This document shows positions 1 through 12,735 of a stretch of 64,000 bases of DNA, in pieces. This stretch comes from Octopus sinensis. Its lineage: Eukaryota. The notes under the pieces are model-generated. The model saw nothing but the letters and a program-made list of their open reading frames with translations. It had not been told where the DNA came from and ran no database searches. The translations under genes and the position numbers were made by a program. How positions within the stretch are numbered: position 1 is the stretch's first letter; each line of letters begins with the position of its first letter. The stretch spans positions 200,384,001 through 200,448,000 of the forward strand of contig NC_042998.1 in the NCBI RefSeq assembly GCF_006345805.1, in the 5' to 3' direction.

Positions 1-98
1 CTTGCAGTAGAAGAAATAGCCAAATTTTTGGCCTTTTATTTCTAAAAAGCTCGGTATGTGGTAAAGTAAATTATTCTACTTTACCCTATTTTTATAAA

Positions 99-139
<41 letters not shown>

Positions 140-338
140 CATATATTGGCCTGTTCGCTCAGCCAGCGGGGTGGCGTCACTTGATGGGTAAAACAATGCG
201 AAGCGCATTGTGACCAGCGATGCGTAGCAACATCTGATATCCTAGTCGGTCACGTGATCACGTGATATATACATATATATATATATTATTGGTGAATTGA
301 AGAAGTGGAGCTGAACGCAGATTGAACAGAAATCGTTT

Positions 339-431
339 TATTTCATTCTACACGTGTTTCGAAAGGCACAATTTACCAAAATCCGATTGAATAATGGGAC
401 CATATTGTGTCTTTCTCTTCAGGAAGAAATA
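339..431 (-). ncRNA. Type I hammerhead ribozyme, intact core (left arm of foldback)
   Basis: Mirror of 528-620: CUGAAGA, stem II GAAAGACACAAU/AUUGUGCCUUUC, GAAAC, palindromic stem III ACACGUGU, GUA cleavage triplet. Confidence 0.8.
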
Positions 432-527
432 GGAAATCCGTTGGGTTTCGCCATGGGCTCTTAGGAGCCTAGTTCGATTTGTTTTGCTCCGCCTCTGTTC
501 TGTTTTTGTTTTTTCCAACGGATTTCC

Positions 528-620
528 TATTTCTTCCTGAAGAGAAAGACACAATATGGTCCCATTATTCAATCGGATTTTGGTAAATTGTGCTTTTCGA
601 AACACGTGTAGAATGAAATA
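528..620 (+). ncRNA. Type I hammerhead ribozyme, intact core (right arm of foldback)
   Basis: Stem I UAUUUCUUC (528-536) pairs with GAA-U-GAAAUA (611-620, one bulge); core CUGAAGA 537-543; stem II 544-555/587-598 (11 of 12 pairs); GAAA 599-602; stem III ACACGUGU; predicted cleavage after A610. Confidence 0.82.
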
Positions 621-830
621 AAACGATTTCTGTTCAATCTGCGTTCAGCTCCATTTCTTCAATTCACCAATAATATTTTAATTTCAATTATCCGCACCAA
701 CGCACGGTTGCAACACCATATGGTTGTACCTCCAACCGTGTTGTTTACTGCTGTGATTTTTGCTACCAAGGCATCGGTTAAACTCTTGATTAATCTACTA
801 CAAGATTATTCATCTTTCTATTTCACACAC

Positions 831-864
<34 letters not shown>

Positions 865-2242
865 CATATATATGCGATCGCTTTGATCTCTGTATCATCG
901 TTGTATACAATGTTCCTCTGGCTGATCCGTTCTGGTTACGCAACCAACTTTCCTTGTATCGTAATGTGCTGTGATTTTTAACAAATGAAATGTATATGAA
1001 TATATAAGCTCATGATATAATTAGTGTTATACATACATACATATACATGTATATGTCTATACATATATATATATATATACTTATATGTGTGTCTGTGTAT
1101 GTGCACATGTATGTACGCGCATGCTTCCATGTGTATTATATGATTATGACTGTATGTCAAAAGTTAGTTGTCACCAGCAGAATATTAAAATTCTACAGTT
1201 TTATTTTGATATATACATGTTTCACAGAATCATTAAATGCTACTGAAAAGTTTACTTAACCTTATTTGAATTTCTGCTCACCAGGATGAACCAATCTGAG
1301 CTCAGAGATTGAAATGACTCATATATCTACAATATATGTATATATGAATCGGTCCAAAGTTCCAATCAATCGGATTGAAGAGTGGCTGGCTACTTATGCA
1401 TTAATACTTTTTTACTCATGTCATTGCGGATCCGGTGAGCAAAGATTAGTTGAATGATTTTATAAATATTTATATTTGTACTTTTATATATGTGTGAATA
1501 TTTGCATGTGTATCTCTATGTGTGTGTGCGCTCAAGCGTGTATCTGTGTGTGTGTATGTTTGTGTGTGTACGAATGAAAATATTGCTCGGTTCACGTATG
1601 GCATTTTCCAGTGGTGCTACAGCGTGACCACAACCACATGGTTGAAACGAATATGAATCAAAATGACTAGGATATTCATTATGGTGTATGGTTTCTGTAT
1701 CCAATTGAGTCTTGTGTTTTTCTTAGCATTTATGATATACATAGGACAGTAATATTTCTATTTAGTTTCCTGTTTTGAAATTTTGCTTATCAACTTTGTC
1801 GAGAACAAGGTTGTAAACAACATTTTATAATATTTATGGCATAATATCTTGCAGACACTACTTCAATTCATACATCTACCTTACGCTTGTGTTTGTTTAC
1901 TATATTGACTTGAATTATTAGATAAAGTAATTATCAGCATCACGTTTTAATCTTATATATTTTACAGATAACGTTTTGCTACCAATGTAAATACACACAC
2001 GTTAAAAATGGAATAATCTCCCGATTGTATCGTTATACTGAACAGGCGAGTGTTTTGTTTTGTATTCTATTTCTGGCTGATTTGCTCCGAATTTCCCAAG
2101 ACTCTATGAACCGAAATCATGCTCTAAATATATTTTCAACTCAGTCTTTTACGTATTTTCGACTTTGATATGGAAAAAATTTCCTGTTTTTTTATGTTCT
2201 TCGGTCTCTCTATTTTGCCTGTTATTTCAGTTTAATACGTTG

Positions 2243-2251
2243 TCTATCTAT

Positions 2252-2330
<79 letters not shown>

Positions 2331-2370
2331 CTTGTCTGTCTGTCTCTCTGTCCGTGTATCTATCTCTCTG

Positions 2371-2445
<75 letters not shown>

Positions 2446-2500
2446 GTCTGTCTGTCTGTCTGTCTGTGTATCTATCTATCTGTCTATCTATCTATCTATC
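2243..2500. repeat. (TATC)n/(TGTC)n microsatellite
   Basis: Direct reading of tetranucleotide repeats. Confidence 0.95.
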
Positions 2501-3530
2501 TTTCCATTTACGATCCCTTTTGATCGAAAACCAAACTCCCTTCTTTTACCCCCAAAAGAAAAGCTCTACCATGTAATTTTGTCCTGTCTGTGTGCAGCCC
2601 TGTGTGGGTAATAAAGAAACATATCTGTCTGTCTCTCAGTCAATCTCCATATGTATAGATTGATACACACATACATACATACATACATACTGACATACCT
2701 ACACGCATACACGCACACACACACGCACACATACACACACACCTGTCTCCATGAATGCAATTTAGTCCACTGCACTTACTACCCAAAACAATAATTAATG
2801 CTACAGCTATTAAGATATGTGGTGAAAATTAAGAAATCTACTTCAGAAAAGTTAAATATATTCTACGTTTTCATTCTCTTAGGCACACACACGCACACGC
2901 ACACATATATATCCACACCCCTCATTCCTCAAACACTCACACACCCACACACATACAATTATACCCCACTCCTCACACACGCACAACATACATACATGTA
3001 TAAATATATGTATACGTATTCATCTTACATTGCATAATTTCAAGTCATCTATATATTTCTACACACTCCGGCGCAAAAAACAAAACAAAACGAAACAAAA
3101 CTAAAGAAAACAAAACAAAAAAACACATTTGAAAACCAGTATAAGTAGAAATGACACTCAGGTTAATATTACACATGATCTGCCTTTCCGAACAGCTTAT
3201 ACTGCCCATGAGGAATTCTCAGTAGAAAAGGAAACTCATATAACTTTAAGAAGAAACGCATATTCTATCCTTAAAACAGACTTTATAGTAATTCTATTAT
3301 TCATTACTATATGACCGATGATTTCGAATTTTTGGTACATATACAGAACTTTATATCAAAAACTATAAATGAAATGCAATTGTCAATTTAACTCGCAGGA
3401 TTATAGATAGGTAAGGAAACAAAATGTTTGCATACTGTGTTATATACAATTAAAAGGTGGGTGTGGTGTGGGTATGTTTGATTACATAGAGCTATGCAAG
3501 CATATATATATATTACAATTAATAAGAGCA

Positions 3531-3760
3531 CAATTGCAGTGTGGAAGGTGTTTGTAAGCCATTTAAGAAACACACAAAAGCCGTTCGATTCACTTCAACA
3601 TTTAAGTTTAATTTGTCAAAATATTTTCGTCGATAAAATCCGCGACTTTTTCACTGACAAAAATCCGTGCTGGCTTACAAACACCTTCCACGCTGCAATT
3701 GTTTTCGTTCCAGCACACGATCTCAGATCAAATCACTTGCTATGCGAGTACATCTCCGTA
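3531..3760. mobile_element. Non-autonomous palindromic DNA element with 3' tail and hairpin (Helentron/HINE-like), internally deleted copy
   Basis: About 30-bp inverted repeats caattgcagtgtggaaggtgtttgtaagcca / tggcttacaaacaccttccacgctgcaattg; the 60-bp tail beyond the right IR is shared with 43470-43801. Confidence 0.6.
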
Positions 3761-3764
3761 ATTA

Positions 3765-4090
3765 ATAAGAGGAATGACCACCAAAGTGGATTTCTATATG
3801 CTAGAGATAGGCGTCAAATCGCCTTTCCTCGAAGACTGTGTTCTCAAGGAAGAAATCTCCGCAAACGCCAGAATGTTAAAAGAAACAAGACAAATGAAAT
3901 ATATACAAAAATGAAAATATACAAAATACAACGATTGCCTACGTATCAGGATTTCGTTATTAAGACTGACTAAATGGAAATATTTGTAACTACTCAGCGT
4001 AGTCTGTGGCATTTTTTATTGAATACACTAAACCACTGGTTTAAATTGATGTTAATTGATTGGTATCAATTTCTACCCTCATATTTAATT
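3765..4090 (-). mobile_element. Non-autonomous hammerhead-bearing repeat (Penelope-derived-like), related to 57365-57660
   Basis: atgctagagataggcgtcaaatcgcc resembles 57494-57520; the gggtagaaattgata segment resembles 57378-57395; contains a mutated hammerhead. Confidence 0.55.
3939..4002 (-). ncRNA. Degenerate type I hammerhead (G8 to U)
   Basis: CUACG/CGUAG stem I, core CUGAGUA, stem II GUUA/UAAC, GAAA, near-palindromic stem III AUCCUGAU, A17. Confidence 0.6.
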
Positions 4091-4091
4091 A

Positions 4092-4146
<55 letters not shown>

Positions 4147-4241
4147 TACATACATACGTGTTTACGTATATATATATATACATATACATACATACATACG
4201 TGTTTACGTAATATATATATATATATATTATATATATATAT

Positions 4242-4294
<53 letters not shown>

Positions 4295-4295
<1 letters not shown>

Positions 4296-5005
4296 GCATA
4301 TGTGGGCAAAGGACGTCACAAAACATAAACAACAATTAATACGAAGTACGAGGACATGAAATAAGGGCTTTTGAGTGGAGGAGCAAACAACGAAAGAAGC
4401 AAATGGAAAACAAGGTAAGCAAGACAACGAACGACCCTTCATCAGTTGTCGGCTATTTTTCTAGTCCGTATTTCGAACAATACACGATAAGATACGCCTT
4501 CGATAAAACAGTTACTCTCGCAAAACAAATTAAATAAAATTTGTGAACTTGCGGAAGGTCGAGATGGTAACAGAACAGGGGAGTGAAAATAAACAGGAAG
4601 GGCTGCTAAGCCTAAACGAAGTTGTGGTGACGAACGCGAAGAAACAGGCTTGGACAAGGGACAGCGAACAATACCTCTTCCCTGTAGTGTTATAGCCGGT
4701 GGTCACGTGGAGGCCACGTGAGGAAAGGAAGAAGAGTGAGGGAGAGAGAGCGACAAACAGTCGGGGAAAAGAAAAGATTTGGAGACAGGATAAGAGAGAA
4801 AAAAGAGAGATAGGGCGAAGTGGAGATAAAAGGAAGGAAGAGAAAAAAACGAAAGTATTGAAGGATAGAATAGTGGGAGAAGAGGAAGCAAACGAACAAG
4901 AGAAAGGTAGGGAGAAAACGAAAGAAGAAAATGATAGAATAGAAGAGGAGATAAAAGAATAGAAGAGAGAAAACGACACAGTAAAAGGATAGAATAGTGG
5001 GAGAA
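4295..5005 (+). repeat. Diverged copy of a purine-rich segment also present at about 7021-7670 and 8278-8935
   Basis: Collinear shared blocks (ggacgtcac, aatacgaagtacgag, caaatggaaaacaag, gcttggacag, ccacgtgag, gaatagtgggagaag). Confidence 0.75.
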
Positions 5006-5019
5006 GGGAGCTGGCATTA

Positions 5020-5450
5020 GTGCATTACGGGCGTTTCAGACGGTTCCATTTAATCGATCAATGCAAGCATTACATCTGTTTGAAATACACCGCCTACTTC
5101 GGGTGCATAAGACCATATAGGTTTTCAATATAGAGGATACATTATAGATGTTTTATCAAACTTTTTATCAGAACTAGAGAATAAAAGAATTACATGCTTG
5201 TAGCTATTATTGTAGCATAATGAACCTAGGGAGAAAATACTCGAACTATAATTTAGAGTGGCAGAAGAGAATAACAAAGGAGGTCAAAAGATGGTAATGT
5301 AACTACATTTGTCTTTCTCCTTATCGCAATCAAATGATCCAATGCAGTTAGTATTCTACATCCACTTGGGATTGATATAAATTGCTGGTGATAAATTAAT
5401 TAATATCAGATATTCTTCCCTACCCCTATTTTCTTTTGGTTATAAATTCC
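5020..5450 (-). mobile_element. Highly decayed Penelope-like GIY-YIG remnant ending in a degenerate hammerhead-like motif
   Basis: Minus-strand translation contains YI..SGCRI...DHLIAIRRK, resembling the YIGxT..RL..R..EHL region; GAAACGCCCGUA plus a UGCAU/AUGCA stem at 5021-5065. Confidence 0.3.
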
Positions 5451-6001
5451 CTATGACTACATAAAGGAACATGTTTCAGAAGGGGTCATTCAGATAATGG
5501 TATATCTCCAGAAAGCGGGAGGGTCGGGGTAACAAACTATTATATTATTATTACTTAAAAGTGTCCTCAAATAGAAAGTAAAGGATGTCACGATGAGATC
5601 TAAATGGGCATTAAGGGTTCGCGGGGGCAATACATATCCAAATTTAGCAAAATTTAGAAAGTGATTTAAGGACCAAGTATAAGAAGAAGGATATATAAAC
5701 CAATTTAAACCCTAAAAAAGTAGTGATTTTATATTGAATAGCAAACTCATAAAGGTTCATCCCAGCAAAATGTTAAGGTGGCCATGATAAAACCGCTCAA
5801 AAATAAAACCATAATTATATTCAGATTTCATCAGAGAAAGAGGCACACATTTTCTATTGACTGAAACCCAGGGACCAAAGGTAAACAATAAAATAATTAA
5901 TTCTATAACAGGACACAACAAAATTCTATAACAGATAAACTTATTTTAAAACCTTTGGAAATATAATTATATAAAATGTTTCCAGCTGTGAAGTAAGTAG
6001 C

Positions 6002-6038
6002 TAGGCGTAAGAGTGGCTGTGTGGTAAGTAACTTGTTT
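6002..6038 (+). mobile_element. Truncated head of long tRNA-derived SINE (family S1)
   Basis: taggcgtaagagtggctgtgtggtaagtaacttgttt matches the 5' end of 46175-46598. Confidence 0.7.
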
Positions 6039-6336
6039 AGGCGCATGCGTATTTGTTAGTTTCTTATCAGATTGAACAGAGTGAAGACGTGGGTTGGTGG
6101 TCGTTTGATAATGGCCCAAACCAATCTATGTTATCTAGGTTATACATATATATATATATATATATTACACTTCACTTCACACTTGATACTACACTTCACA
6201 AAAGGAAATATGGAGTCACTCATCTATACATAACAGACATACATACATAGTCATATAAACCCATACACAGACACACAAACATGCACACACAAGTAGACAG
6301 AGGTACCCACACAAATACACATACACACATATATGC

Positions 6337-6374
<38 letters not shown>

Positions 6375-6476
6375 ATTTAGATTATATATATATATATATA
6401 TATATGTTAAACTCTTAACAATAGATACTAGACCTGGCTCTTAGCCATAAGACTGAGAATAAATATACATACATAC

Positions 6477-6504
<28 letters not shown>

Positions 6505-6507
<3 letters not shown>

Positions 6508-6548
6508 CACACATAAACACACACACATACACGCACGCGCGCGCACAA

Positions 6549-6585
<37 letters not shown>

Positions 6586-7722
6586 ATATATATATATACA
6601 CACACTTCTGGATTCTGGACCGATTTGCAAATGTTTCATCAGAGATATAAATCGATATAAAAAGAAATCACATCTCAAGGGATCGATTGAGTATTGGCAT
6701 TCATTTTGTTTTGTGCGCATATGTATATTAATATTTAATATTAAAAAACTGTTACATATGTATATGGAATATTGTTTTTCCTATGAATGATAAATCAATC
6801 CATTAAGATGTGATTCCTTTTCGTATCGATTACTAACCCTAATGAAATATTCAATTAACTGTATTCAAATGCATCTTAGTTTATGTATTTGTACATACTT
6901 GTATACGTATATGTACATAGTTACATCTATACGTACATATATATATATATGCATTCATATATGTACATACGAATATGTACATACTTACATCTATACGTAT
7001 ATATATATATATATACATATGCATATGTAAGCACAGGACGTCACGAAATGTGTACAACAAAAAATACGAAGTACGAGTACTAATTTTGAGAACAACGAAA
7101 GACACAAATGGAAAACAAGACAAACAACAAATAATTCAAACCTTTATCAGTTGATGGCTGTTTTTCTACTTTCGTATTTCGAGCATTTAACAAGAAGATA
7201 TGCATTCAATACAACAGTTTCTCCCGCAAAGGAAATCAAATAAAATTTGGGATTTTTCGAAAGGTGAAAATTGGAAACACAAACAGGACAATGAAAACAA
7301 GGAGGATGAACTGCTAATCTCAAATGAAGTTGGGGTGGCGAACGCGTAAATCAAGCTTGGACAGGAGACAGACAAGAACACGTCTTCCGTGATCGAGCTA
7401 TAACGGAGAGAAATAATGAAACACAATTTAGATGTCCGATGGTCATATGGGATCCACGTGAGAAATGGGGGAAGAGTAAGAGAGAGAGTGACAGACAGAG
7501 AACGCTGAAAGGGAGAGGAAAATTGGAGATAAGATAAGTGAAAAAAAGACAGGAAGCGGAGAAGGGGAGAAAGGAAGAGAGACACAACGAAAGAGTAATA
7601 GGACAGAATAATGGGAGAAGAGTAGGTAAAAGAATAAGATAGAGAAAGAAAGAAAAACGGAAAACTAGAATGATAGTAGAGTGCGCACAGAATTATTAAG
7701 ATAAAATTCACTTGGAAGATGA
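6505..7722 (+). repeat. Tandem duplication unit 1 (about 1.25 kb)
   Basis: Near-identical to 7756-8982, with a few substitutions, a 10-bp indel and microsatellite length differences. Confidence 0.95.
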
Positions 7723-7725
7723 TAT

Positions 7726-7755
<30 letters not shown>

Positions 7756-7757
<2 letters not shown>

Positions 7758-7793
7758 CACACATAAACACACACACATACACGCACGCGCGCA

Positions 7794-7855
<62 letters not shown>

Positions 7856-8982
7856 ATATATACACACACTTCTGGATTCTGGACCGATTTCATCAGAGAT
7901 ATAAATCGATATAAAAAGAAATCACATCTCAAGGGATTGATTGAGTATTGACATTCATTTTGTTTTGTGCGCATATGTATATTAATATTTAATATTAAAA
8001 AACTGTTACATATGTATATGGAATATTGTTTTTCCTATGAATGATAAATCAATCCATTAAGATGTGATTCCTTTTCGTATCGATTACTAACCCTAATGAA
8101 ATATTCAATAACTGTATTCAAATGCATCTTAGTTTATGTATTTGTACATACTTGTATACGTATATGTACATAGTTACATCTATACGTACATATATATATA
8201 TATGCATTCATATATGTACATACGAATATGTACATACTTACATCTATACGTATATATATATATATATATATACATATGCATATGTAAGCACAGGACGTCA
8301 CGAAATGTGTACAACAAAAAATACGAAGTACGACTACTAATTTTGAGAACAACGAAAGACACAAATGGAAAACAAGACAAACAACAAATAATTCAAACCT
8401 TTATCAGTTGATGGCTGTTTTTCTACTTTCGTATTTCGAGCATTTAACAAGAAGATATGCATTCAATACAACAGTTTCTCCCGCAAAGGAAATCAAATAA
8501 AATTTGGGATTTTTCGAAAGGTGAAAATTGGAAACACAAACAGGACAATGAAAACAAGGAGGATGAACTGCTAATCTCAAATGAGGTTGGGGTGGCGAAC
8601 GCGTAAATCAAGCTTGGACAGGAGACAGACAAGAACACGTCTTCCGTGATCGAGCTATAACGGAGAGAAATAATGAAACACAATTTAGATGTCCGATGGT
8701 CATATGGGATCCACGTGAGAAATGGGGGAAGAGTAAGAGAGAGAGAGTGACAGACAGAGAACGCTGAAAGGGAGAGGAAAATTGGAGATAAGATAAGTGA
8801 AAAAAAGACAGGAAGCGGAGAAGGGGAGAAAGGAAGAGAGACACAACGAAAGAGTAATAGGACAGAATAATGGGAGAAGAGTAGGTAAAAGAATAAGATA
8901 GAGAAAGAAAGAAAAACGGAAAACTAGAATGATAGTAGAGTGCGCAACAGAATTATTAAGATAAAATTCACTTGGAAGATGA
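7756..8982 (+). repeat. Tandem duplication unit 2
   Basis: Direct repeat of 6505-7722. Confidence 0.95.
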
Positions 8983-9149
8983 TATATATATATATATATA
9001 CGTATGTATGTATATGCATATATATATGTACATATATATATACATATATATACATACATATATATATCTGTGTGTGTGTATGTACATGAATAATGTGTAA
9101 ATTGTCGCCATTTTATAACATCAATTTCGTGCATGCGCATTTCTCGTAG

Positions 9150-10010
9150 GGTACGTTGAGCACCGTCTGTGAGAAAAGCAGCAGCATGATGTAATTCACT
9201 CAGCCAGAGATTTGGAAACGACTTCCTGTACTGCTTGGCATTAGCGCCGGGATTGAAAACTAGCCCTTTAAGTCCATCGGGTCCGTCACCAGCGACATGG
9301 GAGTGTCTGAGTTTCTTATCAGGAAGTAGTATATGACAACATTCTGTATTTCTTATAGAAGATGGATAAAGGCCAATTTTTCTCCCAAGCTAGCATGAAC
9401 AACTGGAAAGACCGCGCTACGAAGCTTTTGAACAAACACAAGCAACCCTTCCAACCGAACATGCTTTGGCTCTTCTCACATGAGAAATAATTCTGCTAAG
9501 ACTGAGATGGTAAACACAGAAAGCAACCGTTGACTTGCCGTATCTCCAAAACTTGTAGCGAGAATGATAAAATCAAACATCCAGTTAACAACGTGGTGTT
9601 TGATATAACCACTAGTGATGGAGACGTTATGCTTCCATTCGACTTCCCTCCCGGCCTCAGACTCAACTCGGAAGACTATATCAAGTCTCTGAAAGAGATA
9701 GAGCTGCCCTGGGTGAAGTGGGTGGCTGCTGGAAGACCCTATGTCTAGCAAAAGTTCTCTGCACCATGCCACAAAAGAAGGAAAACCCAGCCATGTTAAT
9801 GAGACAATTTCTGCGTCCACATCACTCCTAACATCTGGCCACCTAACTCCCTCCACATTGCAGACCCCTTGATAATTATGTATGAACTGTAGGCAAGGAT
9901 ATTTGAAGCATTGGCCATCGTAAACATAGAGGCCATCAAGAAGTGTTACAAGTGATTCCAAGTCGTCTAGAGGTTGTGGTCGAAGCCAATGACGATTTTA
10001 TTAAATTAAT
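9150..10010 (+). mobile_element. Decayed mariner-like (DD37D/maT-type) transposase
   Basis: Broken frames give LLNKHKQPFQPNMLWLFS(H)E, KHPVNNVVFDITTSDGDVM, LPWVKWVAAGRPYV, SAPCH, WPPNS and RLEVVVEAN; contains stops and frameshifts. Confidence 0.85.
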
Positions 10011-10190
10011 TTAATCTTCAGTATTTCTAGATATTTTTAATATAATTTTGGTAAATATATCTGTTAAGATAAGAATCTTTTATTCTTTTATTCATTTCAG
10101 GCAAGCACCTGAAGTCATGCTGCAGCACTACCGTGGTTTTGACGACTTCCTGAGGCTGGGGTTTGCACATCACAACTCCTGTATGTTTAT

Positions 10191-10302
<112 letters not shown>

Positions 10303-10866
10303 ATATTTGTATGTATGTGTATTTAAGTATTACATTTATGCATGCCTGCATCTTAACTCAATGTCTCTAACACACATATACACGAACGCACACAAGAATA
10401 CAGCCACATACACACACGCAACGCACAAACACACACGCGCATGCATGTACGTATGGGCATGCAAGTGCGTATTAGTTTTCAACCAATCAATCGGCAAACT
10501 GATAAGTTTTTCTAATGTGTGAATGATATGTAAATTGTTAATAAAGAACAATATAGAATTATAAACGTAAGAAAATATGTAGAAAATTTCATTTGAAAAG
10601 AAATGTGTTAATTAGAATTCACAGTTGCATGACAATTTGTTTTTATATAATACGTCATCTAATGAACACGATTGAGTATTCTTATGTTACGAATTATCTG
10701 AATCATGTCTGATTTGAATCAAACACATTGTTAAGTTTTCTAAAATGGCCAATCGTTTTATTTTATACGCAATTATGAAGACGCTAGCTGCAGGGTGGAA
10801 TAATAAGAACGGAAACAATATGAGAATGTGTCCTTTGAGAAACCGCAGAATTCTATCTGACAACGA

Positions 10867-10990
<124 letters not shown>

Positions 10991-11164
10991 AAAAAGATGT
11001 TCAGCAACAATAGCTGTAAAAAAAGGCATAAATCTTCGCAGTTCTAATACCAACACGATAATGAGAAACTATCTACTTGGAAGCTGTGATAGCAAAATCT
11101 CAGTAGTCGAAGCTGTATACTTGCTATAGATTGTAATACTAACATTTTTTTTCAGTAAATGTTA

Positions 11165-12731
11165 CACATTAATAATTGAAATATTCTAGACTGACAAAGT
11201 GAGAGAGAAGAAGATTGCTCTGGCTTTTTGATTCCTCTGAGATTGCACCCACACTCCAGAGAGGTGGAGAAACAGCTCATTAAACATTCAAGCTGCCTCT
11301 GACCCTCATCTAAATGAATCTCCTTTATGCAACATATCCAATAATGCAGTGTTAGCAAAGCTCCTTACCGATGCCAACTCATAGTCTGGGATGAGGAAAC
11401 AATGTTCCGTAAGGCAGCATTTGAAGCGCTTGATACGACACTACAATACTTCAGAAACAACATGGGTGGTGTCACTTCCTCATGGCTTGTGACTTAAGGC
11501 AAACGCTGCCTGACATTATCAGAGGAACAAGGGTAGATGAGCTGAGAGTTTGCATTAAGTCCTCATTCCTAGCAAAATGTCAAGCAGCTTTCTTTGACAA
11601 CCAACATGAGGGTTCACATTAATGGTGACCTGTTAGCCGCACAGGTCCCCAACAATTTACTCGATATTGGAAATGGAAAGCTTCCACAAGATACAGAAGA
11701 TAGTCTGCACCAATATGATAGGCAATATGACTGCCTCCCTTGAAGACCTGAACTGCAAGGTGTTTCCAAACATTTCCACAAACTATAAAAGTCACAAGTG
11801 GCTATGTGAAAGAACGATTCAAGCTGAATCTAAATTTGTTGTCTCAGCTTCCAGGGCCTGAATGTTCCTACAGATGAATTGACTCTGTTCCTAATCAAGA
11901 ACACCAAGATCTTCACCAAAAATTTTGATCATGAAAACAGGTGTTCCCATAATGCTATCAAGAAAACTTGATACACCCAGACTCTGCAATGGAACAAGGT
12001 TGGTGGTTAAAACAGCCATGCCCCAAGTGTTGGAAGCAACAATAATTACAGGCAACATGATGGGTGAGGATACCTCACTACTCAAATGATCTCTCCTTTC
12101 AGTTCAAGAGACTGCAGTTCCCAGTCAAACTTAGCTTTGCAATGTCTATCAACAAAGTACAAGGTCAATCTCGAAAGGTGGTGGGACTTAAACTTTTTCA
12201 AACTTGCTTTTCACATGGTCAGCTGTATGTTGGATGTTCTAGAGTTGGAGATGAAAAGAACCTCTACATTCTCAGTTATAGCATGGCAAGCCAGAAGACA
12301 CAGTATATTAAGAAGCACTTACATGAATAGAAGGTGCATGTGATAAACAGAAGTGCAAAACCATTAAGTGTTAAAGTATTACCATTACACTTTCACTTTT
12401 CGACTGACAGGCGCGAATTATAAAAGTGCGTATAAAAGTGAAACAATAACGTAGTATGTTCGCTGTCCGTTTGTGTGTGTGCGCGCGCGTGAGTGTGTGT
12501 GTGTGTCTGTGTGTGTATTCTACGCATAGCCTTTCATTGTATATAATCTGCACCTGATTTTTTGTTACGAAATAAGTTACACAAACGTGTATTTACTTGA
12601 TATACATATATGAATTGAAAACTTTCTTTTCACATTTCACTTAACGTCTATGTTCCATGCTGCGTAATCTAGACGGCGTTTTTAAATTTCATTATTTTTT
12701 TTAACCCGGGCAACGCCGATATTTCTACCAG
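11165..12731 (+). mobile_element. Helitron 3' fragment: PIF1-type helicase pseudogene plus degenerate 3' terminus
   Basis: Motifs GGETAH.TFKLPL, LTTNMRVH, RLCNGTRLVV, QFPVKLSFAMSINKVQGQS and FSHGQLYVGCSRVG; cccgggcaacgccg hairpin remnant and CCAG (CTAG-like) end at 12705-12731. Confidence 0.88.
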
Positions 12732-12735
12732 TGTA

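Larger units (their letters stand above)
283..676. repeat. Foldback element: 162-bp inverted arms (283-444 / 515-676) around a 70-bp spacer
   Basis: Arms read as reverse complements with two mismatches seen by eye; left flank is (TA)n. Confidence 0.95.

Noticed and set aside
4699-4962. K/E/R-rich ORF
   Set aside because: Purine-rich low-complexity sequence; the frame is not conserved in the paralogs at 7450 and 8700.
6505-8982. CRISPR-like or satellite array
   Set aside because: Only two long units with no repeat-spacer periodicity; eukaryotic context.
9476-9961. 161-aa minus-strand ORF
   Set aside because: Antisense to the mariner transposase remnant.
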